DNA of 42,835 nucleotides from positions 13,305,874-13,348,708 of the forward strand of contig NC_068981.1 of NCBI RefSeq assembly GCF_001194135.2, in the 5' to 3' direction. The stretch comes from Octopus bimaculoides (lineage: Eukaryota). Within the stretch, counting starts at the first letter, position 1, and each line of letters opens with the position of its first letter. The position numbers and the translations under genes were made by a program. Below are positions 11,546-24,818 of the stretch, piece after piece. The notes under the pieces were generated by a model that searched no databases, was not told where the DNA came from, and was given only the letters and a program-made list of their open reading frames with translations.

Positions 11546-13220
11546 ATGATTACTGATGTTGACTTAACTTCCAAATGAAGAAATTGAAAATGAATCCCTT
11601 GATATTTGTTCATAAAAAATTGAGATTACTTGGTATTCGACTCCTTCAGTCCACTAAGGATTAAGGTATTAGTTGTAAGGTGGCTGAATGCGTAGTGATT
11701 TTTGAGTGAATGTGTTTGCATTTATCGCATTTAAATCTGTCAATTTTTTCCCTCCTCATGGATAATACATTCCACCGACATCACTACAGTGCAAGGCCGG
11801 TCTATTAAAACACCTCTCCCGCAGTATCCATCTCATATCACCTTATTTCTTCAGCGTCAAGATTCCTAATTATGGTGGGGATTAGAATTTTTGTGGTGTT
11901 AAAGGTTGTTATCTATTGGCTTTGGTCAAATTTAGTTTCATTTTATTTTTAAATCTCTTTCTGTCTTGGAAATTGCTCATTAACTTGGTATTAATCGTTA
12001 TGTATAAGTTAATACGTAATTATTCCGATCCAGTCATTTCTGTAACTATGCATTGCATTGGTTCTTGTTTTGCACCGACCTTCTTACGCACCATATCTGT
12101 AAAATAAAAACGGTGATGCATGGTAGGTTATCACAGACTGCAAAGGATATAACATCGCACAATCCGTCATATCTGCCATACTAAGTTTCCCATTTGAACG
12201 AATGGTCGAAGAAGAAATTAACCTACATTTTATAACTTGTCGAAATCGTTATTATAAAACAATAATATCGTAGGTCGGCGATTGTTCTTATTTCCCTCAC
12301 GAAATTTATGTGGAAGAACTTAGATAACAATTGGCCAAAATAAACGGCCACGCACAAGCATACGCACATTCGCACGTAATGGCGTGATTCTGTGATACTG
12401 AAACAGGACGTGCATGTTCACCTCAGGTGAAATGACTGTTCATATGGTCCCTTTCCTATTAAAGTCCCTCCGCATAGAATTAGTGTTGCCAACATCTTGT
12501 CACGGAATTCAGTACTCACTACAAGGAACTAACGTCGCTACATATATACATCACACTAGCCTACCGTCGGAGTGGTACCATAATGCTGCCAAAAGGCTTT
12601 TTTGTGAAACTAAATACACGGAAAATAGCCGACGTTAGATTGGTAATATCACAACCATCAAACTTTTGTTGCCCAACTGAGAACTAAATACCTAGAAGCC
12701 ATTTTGAACTTTTTATACTTTCATATATGTGTAAATATATACACGAATATATACGTATATAAATGGGTATATACACCCTCAAATATATATATATATANNN
12801 NNNNNNNNNNNNNNNNNNNNNNNNNNNNNNNNNNNNNNNNNNNNNNNNNNNNNNNNNNNNNNNNNNNNNNNNNNNNNNNNNNNNNNNNNNNNNNNNNNNN
12901 NNNNNNNNNNNNNNNNNNNNNNNNNNNNNNNNNNNNNNNNNNNNNNNNNNNNNNNNNNNNNNNNNNNNNNNNNNNNNNNNNNNNNNNNNNNNNNNNNNNN
13001 NNNNNNNNNNNNNNNNNNNNNNNNNNNNNNNNNNNNNNNNNNNNNNNNNNNNNNNNNNNNNNNNNNNNNNNNNNNNNNNNNNNNNNNNNNNNNNNNNNNN
13101 NNNNNNNNNNNNNNNNNNNNNNNNNNNNNNNNNNNNNNNNNNNNNNNNNNNNNNNNNNNNNNNNNNNNNNNNNNNNNNNNNNNNNNNNNNNNNNNNNNNN
13201 NNNNNNNNNNNNNNNNNNNN

Positions 13221-13268
<48 letters not shown>

Positions 13269-14609
13269 CATACATATTTATTGTGTATATTGCATTAAAA
13301 GGCTATTGACTAAGGTGAAATTCACGTTATAAGACAAAATAATACAGTTCATAAAGTTTGTCGATGCTTGTCGTGGACAGCGAAAGGAAGAGGGAACAAC
13401 CGATACACTCAAGACTCGGGACAAATTGGAGTTAAATTACGAAGCAAAATATCTTATTTATTTGCATCATATGCCAATAATACTATGAGATTTTGTCAGT
13501 CAAAAATGTCAAAATTAATGCATCTTTTGAGAGTGCATGCATATTAAAAAAGGATTCATCTCTTAAAAGAAATGTTCTAGCCATTTGTGTAAATGGGAAA
13601 TTGAAAATATTTCCTTTACTTAGTATTTGTGAAGTATTTTCAAATATACGTGTATATATACGTATAAATCTGTTGGTGTGCGTGTAAACTTGCGTTAGCA
13701 CGTAAAAAGTAACGTTAACAGCAACAAAATATATATCGTTTTTCATATTATATACAAAAAGTAAATTTTTAAAGTTTTGCAACTTTTACGTTTCTCTATA
13801 ACTAAACTATATAAGTTTAGCGTAGGCATGCTTAAAATATTTGTTATTATTGTTAGCAAGAAATTTAACTAATCCAATAAAAATTTATGCATTAATTCAG
13901 AAAAATTATTTTCAGAATTTAAATGGAAAACGCAGAAGAAATACGAAAGAAATATGAATATAATTTCTGTTGTTCAGCTGAATTATTAACAATTTAATTG
14001 ATATTGACATGTCTCAAGGCTAATGTTTACAATGATTTATTATAAGGAATCCTGTCCTGTAGATTATTGATAAATATATTTATAAACAATGACGGGATGA
14101 ATCAAATTTGCTTGCACATGAGGTTTGAATTCCCCCTATCGAATAACCGAACCGATTATTCTGCTCAGAACTAAATGGCAATATTTGTTTAATTATATGG
14201 GTTGAGGATGGGACAACTATAATTCAGATCGTTTAAGTTCTTCTTATACGGAGAGAAATCTATACGGACAATTGCAAAATTGTATTCCCTCTCATGGCTC
14301 TTTTTCTTGTTTCTGTTATTAGTTTCAACGGAATAACCAAAGCAATCAACCAAAAATGCAAATTCACAGACAAGACATGGAGAATGTATAGAAATACTTT
14401 CAATCATATTTCTATAATCCCATCCAAGGTAGTGCATAAAAAATAAAAACTGCGAAATCTATAGAGAAAAGTAATTATTCGGTTACATCTGTGCCCTGTA
14501 GTGCTAAAGGACAGAGACTCATGAAAACTATACTAGTCGAATATTATATATGTACATATTTATGTGTGTGAATAACAGATATATACATAGTGAGAGAGGG
14601 GGAGAGAGA

Positions 14610-14623
14610 GTAGAAGTAGTAGT

Positions 14624-14707
<84 letters not shown>
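14610..14707. repeat. Compound (TAG)n-(CAG)n-(TAG)n microsatellite
   Basis: Direct reading. Confidence 0.95.
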
Positions 14708-14708
<1 letters not shown>

Positions 14709-15627
14709 AAGAATTCTGGTGAAGAGATTTTAGTGAATTTTACTGAATAAATAATTACGAAAGAAGGAAAAGGCAGACGATTCACAAATTTTTAATATGT
14801 TTTAAAGTATAGAATATTATCATAGTCTGTCGGTTTTGCTATCCCATTGAAAGTGGTGAAAATATTACAATTTCTTTATATCATAAGGAGGTTTTAGCCC
14901 ATGTTGTTCGTATGAGAGTCTATTTGAAAATAAACCAACATGTAGACAAATCTAAGAGGATGTAATTGGTGATTGTTATTATTCGAGACAAGGGAGATAA
15001 TTACATCTGTTTTGGATCTGGCGTACACTTTTTAGTGGGGATCACTTTCTTGAGAGCGTAAATTTATTGTATAGTCATTATGCGGTTATAAATTCAAGAG
15101 TTAACGGTTAACGTAGTTAACGTAGTGAAGTAGAATATGTGCAAAGGTGGTTATGCGTTCACGAGTTCAAATATTTACGAAATCCAAAATTGTGTGTGTA
15201 TTGATATTCAGACGCGGTTTATATTTTTTATTAAATATATTTTCTTTATTTAATCGTTCTTGTATAGAGATTGTTTCCTTACACTGAGAAATGAGGCAAA
15301 CCGTAAAATTAGTTTCCAGTTTCTTCGCACACCTCCCTGTGTGTTCGCTCAATAGTATCTTTCTAAATCTTGGGAAAAGGATCAGTTCATTATTTAATGT
15401 AGTACTCCGTTGTAAGTAACATCCTTGTTTGTCCTATATAATTGTGTCCACAACCTGAAATAGTTATCTCTTAAATTAAATTTTCGAATGCGCAAGTGAA
15501 ATTGCTCTGAATTAGGAATACTCTTTTCCTTCAGTTCTACATTTAAGAGATGAGGAAATATGCACATTATTTTCATTATTTACATTTGACGGATATTTGT
15601 CCTCAACTTGTTTGTTGTTAACACAAC

Positions 15628-15695
15628 GCCATATGCTCGAGGTTAAGAGCGTGGGCTACTAATCCCAAGATTCCGAGTTCGATTCCAGGCAGTGA

Positions 15696-15735
<40 letters not shown>

Positions 15736-15736
15736 C

Positions 15737-15768
<32 letters not shown>
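15628..15768 (+). mobile_element. Short tRNA-like head (tRNA pseudogene or minimal SINE) with (AAT)n tail
   Basis: GGTTAAGAGCGTGGGCTACTAATCCCAAGATTCCGAGTTCGATTCCAGGC: D-arm remnant, anticodon-like loop CTACTAA and B-box; runs directly into (AAT)n at 15700. A-box and acceptor stem are disrupted. Confidence 0.65.
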
Positions 15769-15771
<3 letters not shown>

Positions 15772-15803
15772 CAAGTTGAAGACAAATATCCGTNNNNNNN
15801 NNN

Positions 15804-15872
<69 letters not shown>

Positions 15873-16639
15873 CATATAGACAGAGATAGAAGCGCATACA
15901 TGCATATATACATAAGTGTATGTGCATGTGCACGTGTCGTTGAACATAATTCATGGCCGAGTTAAGTGTTACTGCTATTAACAATCCAATACAAAGTAAT
16001 TACATAATTGCTAGTACATAGCAGAACCAAATAAGACTTAACAAAACAGTGAATAAATCCCTGCGTACTTTCAATAAGTATCTCGCATTTAGATCACGGA
16101 GACATGAAAATACACGCGATGGTAACATAGCGTGTTTTTCAAATGAATGTGCGAGTAAGGGAATACTAGACCCTGTCGTACCATCTACCTTGAAGATTGC
16201 TAAATAGAGCTCCTGTTCTGTGTTAGGAAATCAGAGCCACCTTATCTGAGACAGAGAGAAACTGAATACAAATATCTACTGTTCTGTTCTTTTTGTAATC
16301 TACCAAGAAATCGATTATATTGATTGATATATATATATATATAGACTAAGATTTCAATATGGTACACTTTTTAAGCTTTCTTTGCGCTCTGAAACTCTTT
16401 ACCGTAATGAAAATATAGATTGCATCCGATGTAAGTTTCATTCACAACATATAACCTCCAATATATATAATTTTACTTTATATTTTCCACCTACAGTCTC
16501 TCTCATATGCGAAACAGTGACTCCTCTTTAACTGTCTTAACAAATATATAACAATAGTGCTGTGGGAATATAGACTGGGACATATTCTTTCACTTGAAGG
16601 TAAATGAATATACGTAATTTGTATATGTCTCTGTGTCAG

Positions 16640-16673
<34 letters not shown>

Positions 16674-17634
16674 TCTGTATCTTTGTTTGTGTGTTTGTCT
16701 GTCAATGTGAGTTTCTTTGTTACGAAGTAATTCATGAGAATATTTCTTTGCTGTTTGTAAAATTTCTTAATCTCTGACGACCAGCAATCTATGCTTTTTG
16801 TATTTTATGGCTTCTAAGATAATTATTTTAACGCTAAAAATCTAACATGTGTTCGGAGTTATTCTGTTCTAGCGGTAAGACGCAAAGCATTCTAATCATA
16901 TCTTAATCACTTAATTCAGACCTGTGTGACTAATTATTGCATAAGATTGCAAATTAAATCTAAACACAGGTATGGTCTCACACAAACTGTACAAATTACG
17001 GAAACTAATTCCCGCATTTCATATAGTAAACGTAATTAAATGCCTTAATTTAGTGTTCCATGATGCAATTGTTTAAATTATGTCATTATATTCAAGCATA
17101 TTCTCTTAGATAAGTTTACCGACGAGAACAGAAATATGTATACTATATATATATACACAGAAATATATAATTATCCGACATAATAAATCAAGTACGGTTT
17201 CCTCTTATGTAATGATATATTGAAACGTGTATATAAAGCCGTACAATGTTTCTACAAATTGTACAATTCTTATTAGGACTAGGACAGTCAAAATGCTAAA
17301 CTCATTAACGCATCACCTGGCGTAACATAAATGGAGTTTGAATGTGGTTACTTGGTAAGCCAGAAATTGCAACAATTCAACCTCAAATCGCAACCTATTT
17401 CATGAAATCGAAATGTATTTTCGAATTCCTGAAATGAAAAAGCTCCACATTGCGTCGCAAGAGATCTTTCACTTGCTTGTTTCCGATCTACATGGATTAG
17501 TGTTGCGCTAGCTTTTATTGAGTTTGAATTTCAGAACAGACATTACTTACAGCCGTTTACTTTATCATGTTGGATAAGGTAATTGTTTGTAATGCTCATA
17601 CTCATTTACGAGATGACAACGACTATCTTACCGT

Positions 17635-17674
17635 GTGTGCGTTTGTGTGTGTGTGTGTGTGTCTGTGTGTGTGC

Positions 17675-17716
<42 letters not shown>
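17635..17716. repeat. (TG)n microsatellite
   Basis: Direct reading. Confidence 0.95.
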
Positions 17717-17720
<4 letters not shown>

Positions 17721-18173
17721 CTGTGGCGGCTAGAAGGCGTTCACACTGATATACTTAAACAGCATTACTACGGGCCTAAAGATTTGCCAAAGCAGCAAAC
17801 ATTACATAGTGCTTCTTTGGAGTTTACGCGATCAACCTAGGACCCTCTATTTATACGCTCCCTTGTTTTCTGAACTGTTGGACCTACAGAAGTTGAAGCT
17901 GTACATCAGCCATATCAATCTTACCTAGGAAATCTTGCAAAATTTATGTGATGTCTACCCACGTTTCTGGGAATCCTCTCATTCTAGAGCGAGTAGCGCA
18001 GCCGATATATTACGTAAAAAAAAAACATTGTACCGTCTGTGAGAAAATATGTCTGCTAATTGTTGTTCATCACTCTTTTTTAGATATACGGCCAAACGTG
18101 TACTATATTCGATACAGTAAAGCACTTAGAAAAACATTACGTAGCGTCCTACCTTTCAAAATATACCATATTA

Positions 18174-19456
18174 TCAAGTCATCCATTAAGTGCTGTCCGA
18201 TTTTACCATTTTTTAAAATTGAATGAAATTTAATAGTATTTTAGAATATCTAAGGGAATTAAAACTTATTTTTATGCATTTGTGTACATTTAAACGAATT
18301 AAATATTATTTTACAGAATAATAGAATTAATTTTTTTCTGAATAAGACCCTTTCTAACATGGAAGTATCCAAAGAGCATTTAAGGCACATAATGCTTTAT
18401 GAGTACAAAAAAGGAAACTCTCCAGCCGAAGAGACTCGAAACATACACTCAATTTATGGGGGAAAATGCTTGAATGAAAGAACTTGCAGAAGATTGTTTG
18501 CAAAATTCAGAAGTGGAGATTTCAGTCTTTAAGATGAAGATCAAACAGGACGTCCAGTTGAGTCTGATGATAAGCTCCTTGAGGCATTACTTGAAGGAAA
18601 TCCTGCATTATCAGTTGAACAATTGGCAATAAAGCTTATTTCAAACCGTACAACTGTTCATCGTCATCCTCAACAAGTTGGAAAGGTCCCTAGTCTTGGA
18701 AAATGGGTGCCTCATGAATTGTCCGAAAGCAACCAAAAATTCCGAGTTGACATCTGCTCGTCTCTCCATTCTCGCGAACTCATTTCACCCATTTTGGATA
18801 GACTGGTGACGAAAAATGGATCTTCTATCGAAATGTTGAACGTCGTAAACAGTGGCTTGGTAAAAGGGAAAAAGCTGAACCTCAACCGAGAAGGGAATTT
18901 CATGGAAAAAAAGTAATTCTCTCTATCTGACGGGATTGTAAGGGAGTGATTCACTTTGAATTGTTACCACCTAATGCAGCAATCAATGCTCAAGTCTACT
19001 GTCAGCAATTAGGGCGTTTGAACGAAGGTTTGAAGAAAAAAAAGACCCGGTTTAGTGGATCGAAAGGGAGTGATGTTTCATCAGGACAATGCGTGACCCC
19101 ACACTGCAAAGATCACATCACAGCAGATCGAAGAGCTAGGTTGGGAAAACATTCCTCATCCACCTTATTCTCCCGACCTTGCTCCTTTAGACTACGATTT
19201 GTTTCATAGTTTACAGAATCATTTGGGGGACATAACTTTCGCATGCCAAGAGGAGGTCGAAACTGACATTTCAGAGTTCTTCGCGTTTAAACCAAAAGAG
19301 TTTTACATTCATGGGATTAAAAATCTTGTAAATAGATGGAAGGAAGTCATAGAAAATCAGGGAAAGTAACCTGATGATTAAATTTCAATTAAATGTAACA
19401 TTTGATCCCTTGTCTTCTTTATTCAAGATTCGGACAGAACTTATGGGATGGCCTGA
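18174..19456 (+). mobile_element. Full-length mariner DNA transposon (1283 bp), inactive
   Basis: 27-bp TIRs: left TCAAGTCATCCATTAAGTGCTGTCCGA, right (reverse complement) TCAGGCCATCCCATAAGTTCTGTCCGA, 22/27 identical. TA on both flanks (18172-18173, 19457-19458). Transposase inside. Confidence 0.95.
18359..19381 (+). pseudogene. Mariner D,D34D transposase pseudogene
   Basis: MEVSKEHLRHIMLYEYKKG..., WVPHEL, TGDEKW, HQDNA*PH, YSPDLAPLDYDLF; 34 residues between the 2nd and 3rd D. Several stops and frameshifts. Confidence 0.95.
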
Positions 19457-21000
19457 TAATTTCGTCAAGTTTCTCAACATTATTTCAAGATACAGTATAT
19501 AATCTAGGCTCATTAATTGGCGCTCACCAAAAAACATAGACTGTATTTGTCAAAAGGCTATTACAATGATGTTTATGTCACTGCTTACTTCGCACATCTC
19601 ATTAACACATGCCGGATTATGAACACTTTCCATAATGTTTGGACTGTGACATCAAAGAAAATTTCATATCCTAGCAAATGTTTTTTAACTTTAGATAAAT
19701 ATCATTATATTTTGTACAAAGTAAATGAATCCCGACTTATTCGATTCCCTTGTCTCTGTTCGGAGAAATTTCTTCATGGTTTATATATTTCACGATGAAA
19801 TATAGCCATGTTGTAATAAATCGCTTTACAGTAAAATAACAAATACTAGGTACACATTTTTATTGATCTATTACCCACCTATTCGTCTATAACACATAAA
19901 TAGAACTTTCTGAACATGAACTTGTAGCATGGGATTTCTATATAATCGTAAAATTATAAGCGTAGATAAGCTTACGACGAAGTTAATGCATTTATCNNNN
20001 NNNNNNNNNNNNNNNNNNNNNNNNNNNNNNNNNNNNNNNNNNNNNNNNNNNNNNNNNNNNNNNNNNNNNNNNNNNNNNNNNNNNNNNNNNNNNNNNNNNN
20101 NNNNNNNNNNNNNNNNNNNNNNNNNNNNNNNNNNNNNNNNNNNNNNNNNNNNNNNNNNNNNNNNNNNNNNNNNNNNNNNNNNNNNNNNNNNNNNNNNNNN
20201 NNNNNNNNNNNNNNNNNNNNNNNNNNNNNNNNNNNNNNNNNNNNNNNNNNNNNNNNNNNNNNNNNNNNNNNNNNNNNNNNNNNNNNNNNNNNNNNNNNNN
20301 NNNNNNNNNNNNNNNNNNNNNNNNNNNNNNNNNNNNNNNNNNNNNNNNNNNNNNNNNNNNNNNNNNNNNNNNNNNNNNNNNNNNNNNNNNNNNNNNNNNN
20401 NNNNNNNNNNNNNNNNNNNNNNNNNNNNNNNNNNNNNNNNNNNNNNNNNNNNNNNNNNNNNNNNNNNNNNTATATATATATATATATATATATGTACAAT
20501 TAAACCTTGGGAGAGGCATTATGCCGGTAATAAACACACGAAATACACATACGAAATATATATATATGTCTGTATATATATAAGTACGTATACACAGAAA
20601 AAGATATATATATATATATATAATTAATAGCGTCACAGGCTGTATTAATACCAAAAGATAGGGTTTGTCCCTACTTACAAGTGGGTGTGGTGTTGCAATA
20701 CATGTCAGGGCATTATTTACCATGAGAAAACCTTTCATATGTAATTGTGGAGCAAAAGTTCCACGTGTTTCTATTACTGGCGGGAGATAATCACCTGCTA
20801 TCGCCGCCACAACTACCAGTACACGTGATTTCGACTTTCATTCAGCTTGTCAATGGTAGTCATCCGTGGCTAGACATACCACCTTCGTCAGTGATACACG
20901 CAGAATCTCAGTGTCTATTCTGGTAATGGTGGGACAAGTAGACGGTGAATGTATTAATAAATAACAAGGCCAAGGAAGGCCGAGAGCAAACAATTATTTC

Positions 21001-21136
21001 CAACCAGCGATAGTTACGTGTTCAGTCTTACTACGCGACAATCAATCTGGGCAAGTGTTTTCTATTATAGCCTTGGGCCAACCAAAACATTGTGGGTAGA
21101 TTTTGTAGATGGAAACTGGAAAAAAACATGTCGTAC

Positions 21137-21217
<81 letters not shown>

Positions 21218-21218
21218 G

Positions 21219-21250
<32 letters not shown>

Positions 21251-21560
21251 ATGTATGCATGTATGTATGTATGTATGTATTATGTATGTATATATGTATG
21301 TATTATGTATGTATGTATGTATGTATGTATGTATGTATATATGAAAGTATAACGATGTATGTGTGTCACTATGTCCGTGTTTATCCACCATTACGGCTTC
21401 GTGTATTCAATTCACCGTAACTGAGTTGTTCGGCAAAAAGATCCCGATAGAATAAGTACTGGACATTAAATATAATTCCTGGATTGGGTTTGTTCGAATA
21501 AAACCCTTCGAAGTGGTGTCTCAGCATGGCCGCCATCAAATGACTGAAAAAATAAAAGCT
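21001..21560 (+). mobile_element. SINE family 1 copy with internal (TA)n(TG)n(TATG)n
   Basis: 5'-degraded head 21001-21138 (CTGGGCAAGTGTTT..TATAGCC..GGGCCAACCAAAAC.TTGTG), microsatellite 21139-21340, tail about 21365-21560. Confidence 0.8.
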
Positions 21561-21589
21561 TAAAAAAGAGAGATAAAATATATATACAT

Positions 21590-21637
21590 TGTTCTATTTG
21601 TTTCAGTCATTTGACTGCGGCCATGCTGGAGCACCGC
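21590..21637 (-). mobile_element. 3'-only fragment of SINE family 1
   Basis: TTGTTTCAGTCATTTGACTGCGGCCATGCTGGAGCACCGC is the reverse complement of the family-1 terminal segment. Confidence 0.8.
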
Positions 21638-22117
21638 GTTTACATGTATATATATATATATANNNNNNNNNNNNNNNNNNNNNNNNNNNNNNNNNNNNNN
21701 NNNNNNNNNNNNNNNNNNNNNNNNNNNNNNNNNNNNNNNNNNNNNNNNNNNNNNNNNNNNNNNNNNNNNNNNNNNNNNNNNNNNNNNNNNNNNNNNNNNN
21801 NNNNNNNNNNNNNNNNNNNNNNNNNNNNNNNNNNNNNNNNNNNNNNNNNNNNNNNNNNNNNNNNNNNNNNNNNNNNNNNNNNNNNNNNNNNNNNNNNNNN
21901 NNNNNNNNNNNNNNNNNNNNNNNNNNNNNNNNNNNNNNNNNNNNNNNNNNNNNNNNNNNNNNNNNNNNNNNNNNNNNNNNNNNNNNNNNNNNNNNNNNNN
22001 NNNNNNNNNNNNNNNNNNNNNNNNNNNNNNNNNNNNNNNNNNNNNNNNNNNNNNNNNNNNNNNNNNNNNNNNNNNNNNNNNNNNNNNNNNNNNNNNNNNN
22101 NNNNNNNNNNNNNNNNN

Positions 22118-22159
<42 letters not shown>

Positions 22160-23254
22160 CTAATACATAATTCCAATACATCACCTCCAAACTTTCTAAT
22201 ATATATATATATATATACAAATTCTCGTTTCGTTTATATAACGAGTAATCTGGGTAAAACTTTTGAACGTTTTATGTGCAAGAATGGCATGAATAGCTAA
22301 TATATTTCTAAATATACAGTATACATCATGATGTACTTAAACGTGCAGAAACAATTTCTAGGTGCAAAGTATGTTTGTTGTCGTTGAACATGTACATTTC
22401 CTGTCAACCTGTACCCAAATGCCTTATCAATTGATATGAAGGAATTGCTCTGTTTTCTCATAATACACGTGTAAGCCAAGAATCCGAGTAATTATTCAGC
22501 TTAGTTTCTCCCTGAGAATAGAAGCACTCTGTGATTTCTTGGTCGATATGTAATGTTATGAATTTAGTATTGTAAAACTGAATAGAAATACGAGAACAAT
22601 ATATTTTGACTTTCTATATTTCTGAAGTCTAATAAAGAACAGAGAGTAATTTTTAACAAATATATTTTAATTTCCTGCGTCTAGAAATTTCCTTTCTTAT
22701 TTCTAAAGCATTCTGGCTTCTTTCTTACTTAAATAAATCACTACCACAGTAAGATTGTGAAATATCATTCTTATTTCTATAAATGTTCTCAATATATGAT
22801 CCACCTAATCGATTATTCGTGTAAATCATTCATTTCTATTTTCATCTCAGTAGAAATTTTGGTCGACCACCGTTTTTCTTCTTTGCTTCTTGTGATGCTT
22901 GCTATCTAAAGTAGATTTATCGATCAGGTTGTTTTGTATTCTACAACTGTAGAACCATTTTAATCATTATCAAAAAATAAGTAGAAACACTTACAGTGGC
23001 GTTGTTGATCAGAGTGCAGATAATGTTAGAGGTGTCGACGAAAATATTGAAGGAGTGGACTGCCGGCTATTTGCAGCAGTCTTCAGATATAACATCTTTC
23101 TCTACTGTTATATTTCTTAAGAACTAATTTCGGCAGCAAATGAAATTGTCTTCTACAGTTTCACAATAGATAAGTACCATAAAATTAATGAGGTCACTAT
23201 TATCGACAAGAAACCTCTCCTAAAGTGTGGTCATATGTCATTGTAACGAACCGG

Positions 23255-23700
23255 TAATAATAATAATAATAATAATAATAAATGTCCTGATGCAATACCA
23301 AGCACTGACGCCCATGGCTTCTGATCTTAACTAATTGAAAGTCTTATCATATACATACTTTGACTTTCTATAAATGATGGGCGAAAGCAAAAAGATTGCT
23401 TACTACCAGAGATGTGCTTATCAGTTGATTGACCCTAACCAGTGAAGCATGTCCTCTGGTGGTTGATGATATATGCATTACTGATCACAAGCAGAAGTAG
23501 TGGAAGAACATCATAACCATGTATTGAAAGGAATTATTTGGTGTTTCAATAATTCACTCGAAATATGGGTGTTTCGTTCAAAATCCCTAAACAATCATTA
23601 TTCGGGGGGCTTTTCAGCGCGTGGAGCTACTCGACTTGAAGAAAACTCTGTGATTCACCTGCAAGGTCATGCGCTGATTATTTTGATACGAGATCACCAT
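23255..23700 (-). mobile_element. Unclassified retroposon-like segment with (TTA)n tail
   Basis: Mixed-composition sequence ending in (TTA)n on the minus strand (23255-23282); resembles an octopus interspersed repeat from recall only. No coding motif seen. Confidence 0.35.
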
Positions 23701-23765
23701 GTCTCAGCTTAGGTAAAACTAAGCTGAGAGCATTAGATTCCTTGGAAGAAAGCAGCAAATGTATA

Positions 23766-24214
23766 CGAAAACAAGGACGGAAAAAAACGGAGAAAGTTAC
23801 ACGTATACAAATAACAGGGCATAAGAAGAGGTGTCTTTCGACTAAGGACGAATTAAGCTGGCGTGTATGGAAGTAAAGCCTTACGGCAGGGATACAACAT
23901 TTCACTGGCACAGGGAATAATATAGATGTTGCACGGAAAACGGCCGAACCAAGAAAGAAAAGTCAGGCTTGGCCGAACACCAATCACGTGGGGAGAGATG
24001 AGAGAGAGGTAGAGGCTGAGGGACAGAAGCCTAGACCTTTCTTTCTTGGTTCGGCCGTTTTCTGTGCAACATCTATATTATTCCCTGTGCCAGTGGAATC
24101 TTGTATTTCTGCCGTAGGGCTTTACTTCCACACGCGCCAACTTAATTTAATCCGTCCGTAGTCTTTTTATTTGCATTTGTGTAACTTTCTCCGTTTTTCC
24201 CGTCCTTGTTTTCG
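23766..24214. mobile_element. Foldback/MITE-like element with about 190-205 bp terminal inverted repeats
   Basis: Left arm 23766-23970 and right arm 24027-24214 are reverse complements (e.g. CACTGGCACAGGGAATAATATAGATGTTGCAC). 56-bp spacer; TATA flank on both sides. Confidence 0.9.
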
Positions 24215-24310
<96 letters not shown>

Positions 24311-24405
24311 AAGAAGAAGAAGAAGAAGAAGAAGAAGAAGAAGAAGAAGAAGAAGAAGAAGAAAAAGAAGAAAAAGAAGAAGAAGAAGAAGAAGAAGAAG
24401 AAGAA
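24215..24405. repeat. Compound (TAA)n-(GAA)n microsatellite
   Basis: (TAA)n to about 24282, then (GAA)n to 24405. Confidence 0.97.
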
Positions 24406-24748
24406 TCGCATATATGATTTCGTGATTACGTCGTATGGAAGACAATTTTGCAGTGACAAAAAGAATAACGAATTCTGCTATGCGAATATGAAAAGTCACA
24501 AAATATGTATCAACCGTACGCATTTATTGTGCAATCTGTATTCCAGTAATGATGGAGAAGATGAAAGTGTTATGAGTAAAATGAGCTTTTAATGTCGTGA
24601 GAGACGATAATGATTTTTTTTAGATAGGGTGTAAATTGTACTAGGTTTGGTTGTTATTTCTGGCACGTTTCGGAGACATTGGTGTAATAAACAAAACAGA
24701 ATCCAAATGTTCTTTATGAAATTACATTTTCTCCGAGACCATTGATTA

Positions 24749-24750
<2 letters not shown>

Positions 24751-24817
<67 letters not shown>
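24751..24817. repeat. (CA)n microsatellite
   Basis: Direct reading. Confidence 0.97.

Positions 24818-24818
<1 letters not shown>

Noticed and set aside
15628-15700. Functional tRNA-Ser gene
   Set aside because: Acceptor stem and A-box are broken and the anticodon stem is mispaired; treated as a retroposed derivative.
20630-20970. SGCGVAIHVRA resembling the GGGVA.YV motif of an APE endonuclease
   Set aside because: A single short motif with no other APE motif in frame.
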